Assembly (NCBI GenBank): GCA_965112155.1
Contig: OZ218111.1
Length of the DNA stretch: 64,000 bases
From: Podarcis liolepis
Taxonomy: Eukaryota
Strand: one strand, 5' to 3'
Shown here: positions 22,961 to 35,800 of the stretch, in pieces
How positions within the stretch are numbered: position 1 is the stretch's first letter
Layout: each line of letters starts with the position of its first letter
The notes under the pieces: model-generated
Databases searched by the model: none
What the model was told of the DNA's origin: nothing
The model's input: only the letters and a program-made list of their open reading frames with translations
Position numbers and translations under genes: made by a program

Positions 22961-24386
22961 ATAAAAACACCATGATACTTTAGACCACATCTTGGTCTGT
23001 AGGCAGAACCCAAAAAATCACGCATACACTGTTTTGTGGCACCGCAATGGCGCAAAAACATGGTTAAAAAACACGGGTCCTCAAGGATCCTTATGCTTTT
23101 TGCACTAGATCAGCCCTAAGTCACCATCAGATCAAATTATGGCCATGGGCACAGCATGCACCACAAAAAACACGGATCCACGGCTTCCTGGCAACACAGG
23201 CCCAAAAATGTTTTGAAGCACGGATCCTCATGCTTTTTGCATTGGGCCACCCCTAACTCACCATCAAATCGCGCATCATAGCCTGCACTGCAAAAATCAT
23301 GAGTTGCACCACAAAAATCACAAAAAGGCACTCACCAGCACTGTTAGTGTCACTACTGGGACATTACTATTTGAGCCAAGAGACGAATGTCCGACTATAT
23401 ATTTTACTAAGATATGGTTCATCTTCAAGAAGAGATCAAAAACATGCCGAAGTATTAAAGAGGAGAAAAAAATATGAAACTGCTTACATACTGTCAACTA
23501 ATATCCAGATTCAGCAAAGACTGTATGGCAGACAGTTAAATCAGAGAAAGGACAGAACTTGAGTCCATCATAACAGAGGTCTACCTTTTGGGTAAAATTT
23601 ATAAACTACTGTATTTTTCGCTCCATAAGACAACACTTTTCCTCCCAAAAAGTAAGGGGAAATGTCTCTGCGTCTTATGGAGTGAATGCGTGGCCCCTGG
23701 AGCCGAATTGCCCATCTTCCAGCGTCATAACTTTTATACGCCTGTTGTCTTTGCCCATGGAGTTTTCTTGGCAGGGATACTGGAGTGGCTTGCCGGTTCC
23801 TGCTCCAGGTAGATCACGTTTAGTCAAAACTCTCCACTATGACCTGTCCATCTTGGGTGGCCCTGCATGGCATAATTCATAGTTTCTTTGAGTTGTTCAA
23901 ACCCCTTTGCCACGACAAGGCAGTGATCCATGAAGGAGAGTGGTGACCTAACTATGGCTTACTGTGAAGGAAACAGCAAGGACTGGTACCACTTGTTTTT
24001 GGGCCACGGTATGGCCAGGAAGCCGTGGATCCGAGTTTTTTGTAGTGCAGGCTGTGCCCGTGGGCATGATGTGTAATTTGATGGTGTGTTTGGGGTGACC
24101 CAATGCAAAAAGCGTGAGGATCCATGAGGATCTGTGCTTCAGAACCATGTTTTTGGGCCACGGTATGGCCAGGAAGCCATGGATCTGTGATTTTTGTGGT
24201 GCATGCTGTGCCCATGGCCATGATGTTTGATCTGATGGTGGCTTCAGGCTGATCTAGTGCAAAAATCATGAGGATCCGTGTTTTGTTAACCATGTTTTTG
24301 CGCCATAGTGGCCCCACGAAACAGTGGGTGCGTGATTTTTTTGGTTCTGCCTACAGACATGGTCAACAGTATCATGGTGGTTTTAT
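22961..24386. repeat. Long imperfect inverted repeat (arms about 22961-23298 and 24033-24386) with internal 154-bp subrepeats; foldback-like DNA element
   Basis: gtctgtaggcagaacccaaaaaatcacgca on the left pairs with tgcgtgatttttttggttctgcctacagac on the right. The motif gggccacggtatggccaggaagcc occurs at 24001 and 24155. Confidence 0.8.
23740..23937 (-). mobile_element. RTE/BovB-like LINE fragment
   Basis: gatactggagtggcttgcc...gatcacgtttagtcaaaactctccactatgacctgtccatcttgggtggccctgcatggcat matches recalled antisense BovB 5' sequence. Confidence 0.7.
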
Positions 24387-24649
24387 TTAATTTGAATGAA
24401 AAAATCATATGAATTCATGAGGATACGTTAAAAATCATCTGGATCCGCCTTTTACCCAGTCCCGGCACTAGCCATCAACTTTGAGCGGAAAGAGCAAGTT
24501 GTTTTCGGGTGGGGGGGGGGAGGGTAGCGGGACACCGGGGCGGCCCAAGGCAGCCTCCGCCAGAGCCAGAGAAAGGGTGGAAACTGCCGACTGAGGCGCC
24601 TCTTGTACTCGACCCGCCGCAAGAGGCGCTCGCCTTCCGGGCGGCGGAG

Positions 24650-27600
24650 ATGGCGGAGGGAGCTCGGGGAGGCGGCGGCGGCGGCGGCTGGTTCCAGTTC
24701 GGCTTCTGCTTCGGGAAGGCGACGGAGGCCGGGCTGGAAGTGGCGCCGCTGCTGGTCGGGGGCGAGGCCGGGCCAGTGCGCTGCGTGAGGCCGAGCTGGA
24801 GCTTCTCCGGGATCGTCCGCTTCGGCGGTGAGAGGCACGCACTAGAGTCCCGGGGCCATGCGGGGTTCATGCTTCGCCACCCCTTTTACTTAGGCTGAGC
24901 AGGAGCGGGGAACCGCGCGCTCCAAGACATATGGAAGGGACAGACTAAGGGGTCCCGGCCGTGGGGGAGATGCTGCTCTGCATCCCCCATCGTCACCTCA
25001 AACTCCTCCCCTGCTTGCTGGGGCTGCGGGAGATACAACCCCACGACGCCAGGCAGCTCACAGGAGCCCCATCCCGTCGATAGAGGACAGCGGGAAGTTT
25101 CTCCATGAGCCTTGATGGTGGCCCCAAGCCGCCTTTCGAGGTTGCTGCCTGATCGTCCCTGGCGGGGGTGGGTGGGGTGATTTCCTCCTTTTCTGTGGCC
25201 CCGATCTTATTTCTTTGCCTCCTGCTCCGCATGGACTGAGAGCTCCAATCCGCCCCATATTGCCTTCTGTCTCCCGCAGGGTCGCCCCCGGTGCTGTTGC
25301 AAGGCGCGGTATGCGCGGCGCTGCCCGAGGACTGCCGGGACGTGCTGCCGTCGGAGACGCACGTGCTGGTGCTGCGGGAGGCGGCGGTGGAAAGCTGGCC
25401 GGTGGAGGGTTCGGCCCTGGTCCTGGAAGGAGAGCCGGCGTGGAGGTGCAAGATCCTCCCTGAGGAAGCAGCGACCGTAGGTAGGTAGGTGTGCTGGCAG
25501 AAGCGCCGTCCTGAAAGAAGAGGAAGCTGTTGCTGCATCCCAGGATAAGCCATCCCTTCTGCCCCTAACCCTCTTTCTCTTCTGCCCCAGAGCTGCCCCT
25601 GGTGCCTGGCGGGTACGTGGCCCCTCGGCCCCCTTTCTTCACCCCTCTGCCCTCCACCTTGCAGGCTTGCAAGCTGGCCCTGGGCTACGAGCATGCGGTG
25701 CTGCTCAACACAGAGGGGGCCCTCTTCTCGTGGGGAGGCGGCAGGTGAGTCTGGGGCAGGTGAGGACTAGCGTTGCCCTCCTAGCAGGGCTATGGTTAAA
25801 ACTAGCAACCGACCTCCCGCAGGAGGCAGTGATGGCTGGCAGCTTTAGAGGAGGGTTGGGCAACTTCATAGAGGCAGTGGCGTAGCGTGGGGGGTGCAGG
25901 GGGGGCCCGGCCACACTGGGCGCAACATCTGCGGGGGGCGCGCTCGCACTCACAGCTCTCTGCCCCTACCTGGCTCACTGCAGTGCTGGCTGTGTGAATC
26001 CGATCCGAGCCGCTGGGTCGCGGCCCACTGTGGAGGGGGTGGGTGCCAGGCGTGCGGTGCGGAGAGAGAGTGAGGGACTATCTGGGGGAGGGACAGTCCA
26101 GCGGCCGCCCAGCACAGCGCTGAGCGCGGGATAGAACTACACCAGACCCGACCAGGTAGCAGCAAGAAGAAGCTGGCAGCGGCGGCAGGTTAGGGGTTAG
26201 GGGGCGCAAATTACTTGCCTTGCCCCGGGTGCTGACAACCCACGCTACGCTGCTGCATGGAGGAGAAAGCTCACAATGACTACTAGCCATGATGGCAAGC
26301 TCTGCCTCCATAGTTACTGGAAGCCAGTAGAGGAAGGGAGAGGTGCTCTTAGGCTCAGATCCTGCTTGTGGGTTTCCACAGGCATCTGGTGGGCCAATAT
26401 GAGAACAGGATGTTGGACTAGAATGGTCATTGGCCAGATCAGGCAGATCTCTTCTTAGGTTCTTACCTAGTGCTAGGTGGGCTTCTGCATTGGGGGGAGG
26501 GGGAGGGGAAGCATGTGGCTCCTCCTCCTCCTGTTTTTTCTTCCCAGGCACGGGCAGTTGGGCCATGGGGAGCTGGAGAGCAGGACAGAGCCCCAGCTGG
26601 TGGAAGCCTTGTACGGGGTGCCCCTGGTGGATGTGGCGGCTGGAGGATGGCATTCAGCTGGCATTAGTGGTAAGGGGGCAGGAGGGCATGGTCTGTAGTG
26701 GCCCATCTTAAGCAATGACTAGCTAGGGATTCCAGCACCCCAAAATAGACTTGCTGTGTGTTGCTTTTGTGTGTTGCTTTTTTACATTTACATTTTGTGT
26801 GTTTGTGTGTTGCTTTTTTACATTGGTAATAACAATAGCAACAAAAATATCAACAGAATTGTTGATGCCAACCTCTTGAGGCTTGTTGATGTGGTGTCAG
26901 GGGTTAACTGGGCTCCTGCTCCTTGAACAGAGGCAGGGACCCTGTGGCTGTCCACATATTTTTGTTGGACCTCCCCCCTCAATGGCCAAGGCTGACTTAA
27001 GACCATCAATCAGCCACTGCCGCTGCTTAAATTGTTCATGGGGGTTTTGAGAGATGCATCTCCCACAGAAGTGAAGTTCCCTTTTCTTCACAGCTGTTAA
27101 AGATACTGCTAACAGTTACCTCCTTTGCCCTTATTTAATTTTTCTGTCTTAATCTTTCTTAAAGTTATAAACCCAAAAATATAAAGATGGGGGTGAGGCT
27201 TCTGCTACAGCACTTCCCATTCCCATCACTTTCAAATAATAAACTCCCCTCTGCATGGGAAGCCAAATCCCCCATAAGGCCAGAACCAGCTTTCACTGGA
27301 GAATACATTTTGCCAGCCCTATGAGGCCTCTTCCTTGGGGAAAAAGGCCACGTTGGTCCTGGACAGAGCTCCTAGCTGCTCTCTTTCTCACTCTCTGCCA
27401 GAAGCAGGTGATTTGTACGTCTGGGGCTGGAATGAGACGGGACAACTGGCCCTACCTTCCAAATCTGTGGCTGAGAGTAGAGCCACCACGGCAGAGGTGA
27501 AGAGAGGTGAGGCCACTCCTGGGACAGAGCTAGATGCTCTGTTGGCAAACTTGGCCCAGGGCAAACATACACTACACCCCACAGCTGTTGCTGGGGTATG

Positions 27601-28514
27601 AGTTGACTTTGGCAGTTTTATTTATACTGGGTTGTTTCTAGGGAACACGGAGTTGAGCTTGGCAGAGCAGGAGGCAGCACAAGGACCCTGCAAGGCTGCA
27701 TTCATTTCGATCCAAGCCTTCCCTGCTTTGCTGGATATGCCAGATGGGGCAGATGTCTGTAAGATCAGCTGTGGTTCACGACACACCGCTGCTGTGACAT
27801 GTAAGAGGACGCTGGGTTTGTCTTTCAGTGAGGGGAGCACAGGGACAGCAGGATGAAGGCTTCACTGCCCAGTACCTGAAAAATATCCTGGGGCTGTTGC
27901 TGTCCGCCTGAGCCTCATTTGTGGAAAGGGAAACATCCAAGAGTGAAGGACAAACAAGCGTAAAATGTGTGTGATGTCTAACACAGTTTATGTGTAAGGA
28001 TGCCCAGCAGCCCTCCAAAAATGCTTACTCTCAAAATTGCTGCACATGGAGTTCCTAAACAGCACAAGCTCTTTGGTTTTTGCATGGTTGGGAAATCACA
28101 ACATAGCGTAAAAGGGTCCTGAGGGTTTCTCCTTTTCCATTGTTTCTTGGATCTGCCCCATTCCCCCAAAGAGGTGCTCAACTGTTATCCTTCAACAACC
28201 TCAGTTAAATGCAGGTCATCCTTGTATTTCAGGTACAGGAGAGCTCTACACCTGGGGCTGGGGTAAGTAAGCTGGGGGGGGGGTGGATTACAGCTGCCCT
28301 TAGGGTTAGTACTCCGCCTTCTCTTCCTGCTCCAAGGGCAAACTGGTGCCATTAGCTCTTCTTGGTTGCAGGTAAATATGGCCAACTGGGGCATGGGCAG
28401 ACAGCCAGCTCTGATGAGGCAAAGAGGGTGTCCTGCTTTGTGGACTGGGGTCTACGTGTAGTAGACGTGGTATGTGGACCATGGACTACCTATGTACATG
28501 CTGTGGCCCAATAA
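24650..28514 (+). CDS. RCCD1: RCC1 domain-containing protein 1, 8 coding exons
   Basis: Exons 24650-24827, 25280-25480, 25591-25744, 26548-26669, 27402-27506, 27642-27800, 28233-28262, 28372-28514. WFQFGFC N-terminus and RCC1 repeats ([54 protein letters not shown]). AATAAA at 28857. Confidence 0.95.
25875..26255. mobile_element. hAT-like MITE nested in a CR1/L2-like 3' fragment, RCCD1 intron 3
   Basis: TIRs CAGTGGCGTAGCGTGGG...CCCACGCTACGCTGCTG and an 8-bp near-TSD catagagg/catggagg. Confidence 0.75.
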
Positions 28515-29875
28515 CAGCTGAGATGGAGGGCAAGAATCCAGAAACCTTTGGGAAGACAGCATGGACAGGACCTACTCCTACTGCTGCTCCAGTCCAATGC
28601 TCTACTGTCTGAGTGGAGGCTCAATCCGACTTTATCCAAGTCCCAGATCAGGTGTAGTGGCTTCATCTAATCCTCCCTCCACCTGCCTTCCAGTAACAGC
28701 TACTTCAATGGACAATGCAAGGGCATCTTTAGAAAAAAGAGGGAGCTGTTTTAGCACCTCCAAGAACACAACAGAGGCAGAGTTATACAGAGCATATTTT
28801 ATGTAGCGCTAAATTGCCATGATGGACAAAACAGATGTTGGAACAGTCATTTTGTGAATAAAGCTATTGCTGCCACTGTCATCCTTACTAGGCCTGCAAC
28901 ACAGTCATGGTTCTTCGGGCAAGAAGCCAGATGCCAGGCAGCAGGACATTGCGGTAGAAGTGGAGTAGAGTTAGACTGCTCTCCTCAGCTAAGAGCCCTC
29001 ATCAGAACAATACAATTGATTAGTCATTATACAGAACAGCAGATAAACAAGATGTGAACATACTGTCGTACAAATAAATAATAAAAGGACACTGTAGTGA
29101 AAACAAGGTGCAAATCTAGCCACGATGACGGGGAGGGTGGAGGTGGTTGGCAGAAGCTTCTCCTCCTTCCCCATCCCCAAGAGGAAGGCAGGACTAGCCC
29201 AGCTCAAAGGCAGCAGCAATAGGTCAGCCCTGTCCCATTTGTCATAACTAAAGGTGAGCTGTGCTTCTCTCCAGTGGAACAAGACCTCTGGAGCAAGCAT
29301 GGGGACGCGTCCTAAAAAGCCCCAGGACTTGATCACTTTTTCCTACTGCAAGCAAGTTTAGGGGCTGCCTGCTTTCCCTCCCCACTTCTGTTGCAACTAC
29401 TCCCTCCCCCAAAAGCAACCGCATAAGCACCAAGGAGGGCAGTAAAGATTCTGCCCGCATAAACAGGATGGATTGAGTGCTGCCACTGTGGGCTCTCTCA
29501 CACCCTTTGCCTAGCAGAGGGCAGGAGCCAACGTTCCAGAGGCTTGCAAGAGTATAGGTTGGGGTGGGCCAGGATCCCTCTTCCCTTGCTGCTGGAACCC
29601 TAGACGACAGCAAGTTGTGCACTAGAGTAGGCTTACTTATAAGAAACCCTTTGCAACATTTACATTTTATTCTTTTTAATATACAAAAAAAAATTGTTTA
29701 AAAAAATCAGTGTGGTAAAAACAAGGAACAAATAGTTAAAAGTGGCCCTGCCTCCATTGCCACGGGCAACAGGGCCAAGCAGGGAGGCACACGGCTTTGC
29801 CTAACCCCAGGAGGGAAGTCCAGTGGTGCCAGCTCCTTTGGCTACCTTCCTTTGCCGCTGTGTACAAGCTCCCCG

Positions 29876-32800
29876 TCAGCTCTCAGCATTGGAAACCGTG
29901 GAGTTAAGGATGCGGGATTTGAAGTCAGATCTGGAAGCCTTTGAAAGTTCTTGCTGTGAAAAGATAAATTCTATGTGATGTAACTGAGCAAGCTGGATCA
30001 AAGAGCAGTGGAGACCCTCTTGTGAGTGTGGAAGTCCCAGCCCAGGGCAGAAGGGAAGGTGTACCAACACCACACAACCCACCTTCCCACTGACACCAAG
30101 CTCCATGCAGGTATATTGCAGGCAAACACATGCAAGGGGAATAAAGAGGTGCTTAACCCCATTCCAAATGTCCCCCCTGCCAGTGTCCAGGTACATTCTT
30201 TCCCTCCCCACTGCTCTATGCTTGTTCACACCCCTCCCCAAAGCTGCTTTCCATTCCATAAAACACATACATGGGGCTAGGGCTTTATTACATAGGCTCA
30301 CATGCAACCTGAGTTTATCCATAAAGTGCCACCGCAAGCCAGGTGTGGGGCCAGGTGCCGTCCATGTTTGAGACCAACCAGGCAGAGGAGAGTGGACAGC
30401 TGGCTCGTTGCATTAGGAGGTTGGCTCAGCTAGGGAGGGGGTGCTCTTGGGAAGGAAAATGTGAAATGATTACCGTTGTACTGCATGCTTCATTACAGTT
30501 CAAGGGTGGCTCACAGCATCCTGGGTGGCCTGTGGCTCCCCAAGGGAATGAGTGGGGCAGGCAAGGGCAGTTGGCAGCCCAGTTGCTGAGAGTGGTGGCT
30601 GTCAGGTTAGAGGCGTTGAGAGAAGAGGGAAATTACCGCAAACTCGGAATAGGTGCTGGCAACAGAGTTAATGCTGCAGGTGCTCTGGGCAGGGGCTGCA
30701 GGGATGCACCCACCGCTCAGAACTGTTCTGTTGAGCTGAGCGACGTTCTCCTTGTTGTGCTCCATGGGTCCTGGGCGAGGGGACTTGGGGGCCATGCGGC
30801 TGGGAGTCCGGAGAGGCTGCGGAGGCAGAGGGGAGCAGCACTGGAGGTTAGAGCTTTTGACAACAAGCTTCCTGGAGCCCTGCAGAGAAGCAACACAGAA
30901 AAGGTTACTGAGCAACCAAGAACCAGTAAGCCACAGGGGTGGGTGGGGGACAACACAGAACAACATTCTACGAGGGCACTGCATTCTTCTGACTTGGCAT
31001 AAAAGTGGCCTCTTTTCTACTTGCAGTACCCGTTGCTTAAGATGGTTGGGAGGAAGAAATGTATGCTGCCTAAATAATGTGTTACAAAGCAAGTAATAAA
31101 CATTAACACTTTTTTAAAAATAAAAATTTTCTTGCACTTCAGTAAACCATGAGGTTGCCCCCAGCCCTTGCTGATAATTTCCCTCTTGGGTCCATGCGTA
31201 GCTATAAAGATTTGCACCCAGGACTGAATGTTGGAAACAGGAAGAATTTAGATACCAGCAGCTGCTGCTTACTTTTCCTCCAGAGAGTGCTGGGTGGGGT
31301 GTTGGGGAGTGGAACAGAGAGCCCCCAAATGCTGAACGGATGGTGCTGTTCGGGGTAGCTGTGGTGTTAAGCTGCAAGAAAAAGCCATGAGTTAACACAA
31401 GTGCGCTCTCCCTAACTCCAGGTGGCAAAAGCACTTTTTTTCCACCCCAAGCACCTAGCAATAAAACATCTCTTCACAGTGGAGGTGCAGCTCCCCCCCT
31501 TTTTTACACCATCTCCAACCCTATCAAATATTGGAAGGGTGTGTGGATACATATTAAGAGCAAGCAGAACTGTGTATAATGCTCTGGATGTGGCTGCACC
31601 ATAGGATTTGGTTTTTTTATATAAAAGAAAATATTGTGCAAAAGGTCAGGATTAATAAAGGGTTATAACTATGCTATTTACTATTACATCATCTCCTGAG
31701 GAGTATACCTTGCTAGACTATCAATCAGTAAACATACTGTAGTTCTACAGAAATTTATTAGGTTTGCCTCCTTTCCTCTTGTGTGAGCTTTGTGATTCAC
31801 ACATCTTTGCTTTTTATCTCAGCTATTCCTGGAATTTGCGTTTCCACTCAGTATTTTGCACAAACAGGTTCTTACAGCCACTGTGAGGGATTCTCAATTC
31901 TCTTTGGCTCCTTCGGCATTTTTTCCTTGGTCAATGAAAATCATTTGGTTTTATTGCACTAATGTTTACATTTCCAGCATTTTTATTTCATTGCTAATTT
32001 GTACACCACTTTTCTACATTACTGTGCAATCGAAATGCTCAACAAAAGCCACACTGCCATCCCATAACTATTTCAAGAATAACCAAAAAAACCACCGAAA
32101 TTCATAATTCATTGCACATGTGGAACTAGGGAATGAACAAACAAACAAACAAAGTGCCCCTTCTGCATGAAGCATCACATGGCAACACGGACCTTCCGCA
32201 CTTTGCTGGGTGTGATGAAGCCCAAGCCCCGTCTCTTGTTGGGGGTCCGTGGGGTGCTGCCATACATCATCTCCTCCTCAATTTGGCGGGACTTCTTGAG
32301 TTGCTGGAAGAAAAAGGAATTGGGTGATTGGTATCCACAGAAGCCCCAGAAGGGGATGGCAAGCGAGTTAAGATTAGCCACAAAAAGGGAAGGCAGCAAG
32401 AAGTCCTTCATGTCTGGCTACAAGACTGGTGGGACTGAAGTCCTCTGCAGGCATCTTCTCTTCAGCCTACCTACCCACTGCCAGAGGGGTACTGATGACT
32501 CCTGCTCAGGTTGCCCAAGATAGCCCAGCAGCTAATTTTAAGCTTCAAATTACTGGGTGGTTCTCACAGCAGCATGTGTCAGCTTTGGGACCATTGTTCC
32601 AAAATATATCTCCCTCTCCCCTGTACTTCAGACGCACAAAGCAAGGCCTCAAACACCCAGTGCGGATGGTTCAGCTCATTCCCATCCTTTGGAGACCTTG
32701 GCCAAGCCGCCTGTGATTTCAGTCACCAGCCAGAGAAGAGAAAAAGGAGTCTGTTTTTCAGACTAAAGCAAGGAGGACAAAGGGGTCCTTGTTAAGTGAC

Positions 32801-35800
32801 GCGGAGATGGAAGCTGCTTGAGGGCTCTCAACTTGTTCACTCACTCGCTCCTGCTTTTCCTTCTCCTTCTCCATGTGGTGGAGCTGCCATTGCTCTGCCA
32901 CATACTCCATGAAGCGCTGCCCATTCACCAGGAAGGCCTGCTCCTGCTCCTGCTCCCAGAGCTCCACACGCCCCTTTAGCTCCTCCTCCAGCTGCAACAA
33001 GAGACAACTGGCTTCAGCTAAGCTACACAACCAGGGTGCAAAGCAAACAGCAGGCTGGTTGGGCCTACTGCCTCAGTCCCTCCCAAGGGCAGAAAGGGCC
33101 ACATGCCTTTGGAAGAGTCTTCTGAAGTTTCCCTCGCAGCTTCTCCTCTTTCAGAAGGTTGCCCCCTCGGTTGGTGAAGCGGCTGGGGTCCGTCGCCTTC
33201 CTCTGAAAAGGGAGAAGTTGGGAAATGGGCAGGCCTCTTGTGCTTGGGAAGCCACCCTAGGCTGGCCCTCAGTGGCTTCCCACCTGGCCCAGCACCAGAC
33301 ATCTGGCCACTTGTGTGGCTTCTGGCTGTACCTCAAGCTCCTGGAAGAGGCGCCAGTTCTTCTCCCACTTGTGGATGGATTCAAACAGCTCTTGATGCCT
33401 TTCGTAGCACTGCTTTAACCGGGAAACTTCCTCTTCATGCTGCTGCAGCAGCTCTTCAGTGAAGTCATCTGGGAAGAAGGGAAAAACAGGATGCCCAGTA
33501 GGAAGAGGTCACAGTCAATCAATCTATACCCAGCAGCAACAGCTGGGGGAGGGTCTACTTGCTCACCTTCATAGTAGGGGTAGAAGGCTCGCCTCTGCTC
33601 ACCCCCATAAAAACACTTGTCCCAGTAGTCTGCCAGTTCAGCCCGGGTGGCCTCCACCACATTTCTGATGTTCTGAAACTTCAGCTCTTGCAAACGATCC
33701 ACTTCCAGTTTCAGCTAGACGGGGAAGAGCAAAAGGTCAACACACGCCCTGATGGCACTGACCCCCTCTCCCCTCCTGCGTGCACCACAGAACATGAGGG
33801 AGGCTCTCATGGTGCACTGGGATTCGGAGCAGGCAGAGGAAGGTTTGAAACAGCTCCCCTTTGATCCTGAGCGCAACTGCCCAGCACGAAGCACCCCTTC
33901 TCCCTGTTGGCTTGGCACAGGAACCACTGCTGCTGGTCCGAGGCCTCAGGCCTTTAGTATTCCTTACAGCATCCATGATGGCGGCTTTGGCTCCCACCAT
34001 GTAGGGGGCAAAGGCTTCCCTTTCCTCCGCAGGCACCTGCAGCCGCTCCCACAGCACCCGAATCCTGGAACGCAGCTCTTGGCACAAGGCTTCCTTCTGA
34101 GCTCTCCTGCTCTCGAGCTAGGGACAGAAAGACCAGCCTTAGCCAAACTAAAGGCAGCAGAAGAGATGGGATGTCACAGGCAAGGCCCCCCCAGATCCTT
34201 CCCCCAGACCCCACCCTCTGACCTGCTGCAAGAGATCCTTCAGGGCAGCAATGTTGTCCTCCGAGAGACAGAAGGCGTCCTCCTCCTCACACACGACATC
34301 TCGCTCAAAGCTGGTGTCAGGAGTGTGCTCCAGCTCCTCCATGCACAGGATGATCTGCCTCTTGGTGTCAAGGAACTCCTTCTGCCGGCGCTCCTGGAGG
34401 AGCAGGACAAAGCAGGACATTACCCATCAAGCCCCAACCTCAGCCTCCCCCCCTTCGCTCATGCACACACAAAGTGTGCCCACCTTTTCAGTTGCTAGTC
34501 CTGCCAAGTGGCGCCGGAAGTGGTCCAGCTCCGCCAAGCTGGGCACAGCCTCACTGTCAATGTCATAGGGAGTTGTGCAAAGCAGGTCACACATCTCCCG
34601 GTCTCGCTCCTGCAGCACCTTCAGCTCCTGCTTTCTCTCCCGCTTTTGCTTCAGCATTACTTCCACACGGGTGCGCAGGTCCTTCTCTAGCTGCAGGATG
34701 GTGGTCTCCTCGTCCTCCTGTGATAAAAACAGTCCTCCTGAGCTCAGCAGGACCACCCTCTAAGAGATGGCGTCTGAGCCACATTCGCCAGCCCACAGTC
34801 TCACCTCGAAAGGAGCCAATTGTAGCTCCTTGCAGAGGATCACCAATTCCTTGCGACACACTGCAATGCTCTTCAGGAGACGCTCTTTGAGGTTCTCCTC
34901 CTCCGCAATCATCATGTCTAGCAAGCCCTGGTGGAACAAGAGCAAGCAGCATTGAACCCAGAGCAAGCAAGGACACTACAGCAGCTGCAGAGCCCAGTCA
35001 ATTTAATCTAGGAAACCCCCTCCCCTGGTGCTTGCAGCTCCACATCAGTAGAGCATGTCAGAAGCCCCCGCTGATCATTTTCAAGAAAGCCCTGTACATG
35101 TGGGCTTGCTTTTTGTGATGATCATGCACAAGTCCTTCACCAAAGAGAACCTGTTAGGACAGGGGCTAAAAATAAAATTGCCTATATTGTAGCATCTTCA
35201 TACAAATGTGGTACAGCTGAACTTGGACTGTGAGGTTGTTTTGGTTCCTGCATCTTAGAAAAACTGTAGAGAAAAGGGCAACCAAAATGATCAAGGTGCT
35301 AAAGCAACTCCCTTGTGAGGATAGGCTACAGCATTTTGAAAAAAGGTGATAACGGGAGGCATGATATTGTTATAAGAATTTTAAGGTCTTAGAGATATAT
35401 GTTCATAAATGCACCAAGGAAACACATACATAAATAAACATATAAACCACATGTCTGAAGCAGCACAGGAAGACCGTCCTTAAACCATTATGACTCCCAA
35501 GCTGACCAAGTGTTTCTCTGCAAGGAGGTGAAAAAACCTTCCCATTGTCTCAGGAATTAAGTAATTACCATCTCAAAGGAATGGCCAGACTACCAGGAAA
35601 GGCAATCAGATAAGGCATTATCAGATAACCTGGCAGAACAGCATTCAAATTTCTGTTGTAGACCGCCTTTTCTGTGATTTAGGTATGATGTATGAAGGGA
35701 TGGTTTTGAGCTCCAGGGCAGGGAATTTCAAAATGGCTATATAAGGCCTTGTGCGCCATTGTTCGGGGTCCTCCTCCTCTCTCCTGCTTGTGAGGGGAGC

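Noticed and set aside
23990-24320. Repeat array as a CRISPR-like locus
   Set aside because: Vertebrate DNA with about two 154-bp degenerate units, no unique spacers and no cas genes.
33752-34498. 248-aa plus-strand ORF
   Set aside because: Antisense to PRC1 exons and short introns, with no independent coding signal.
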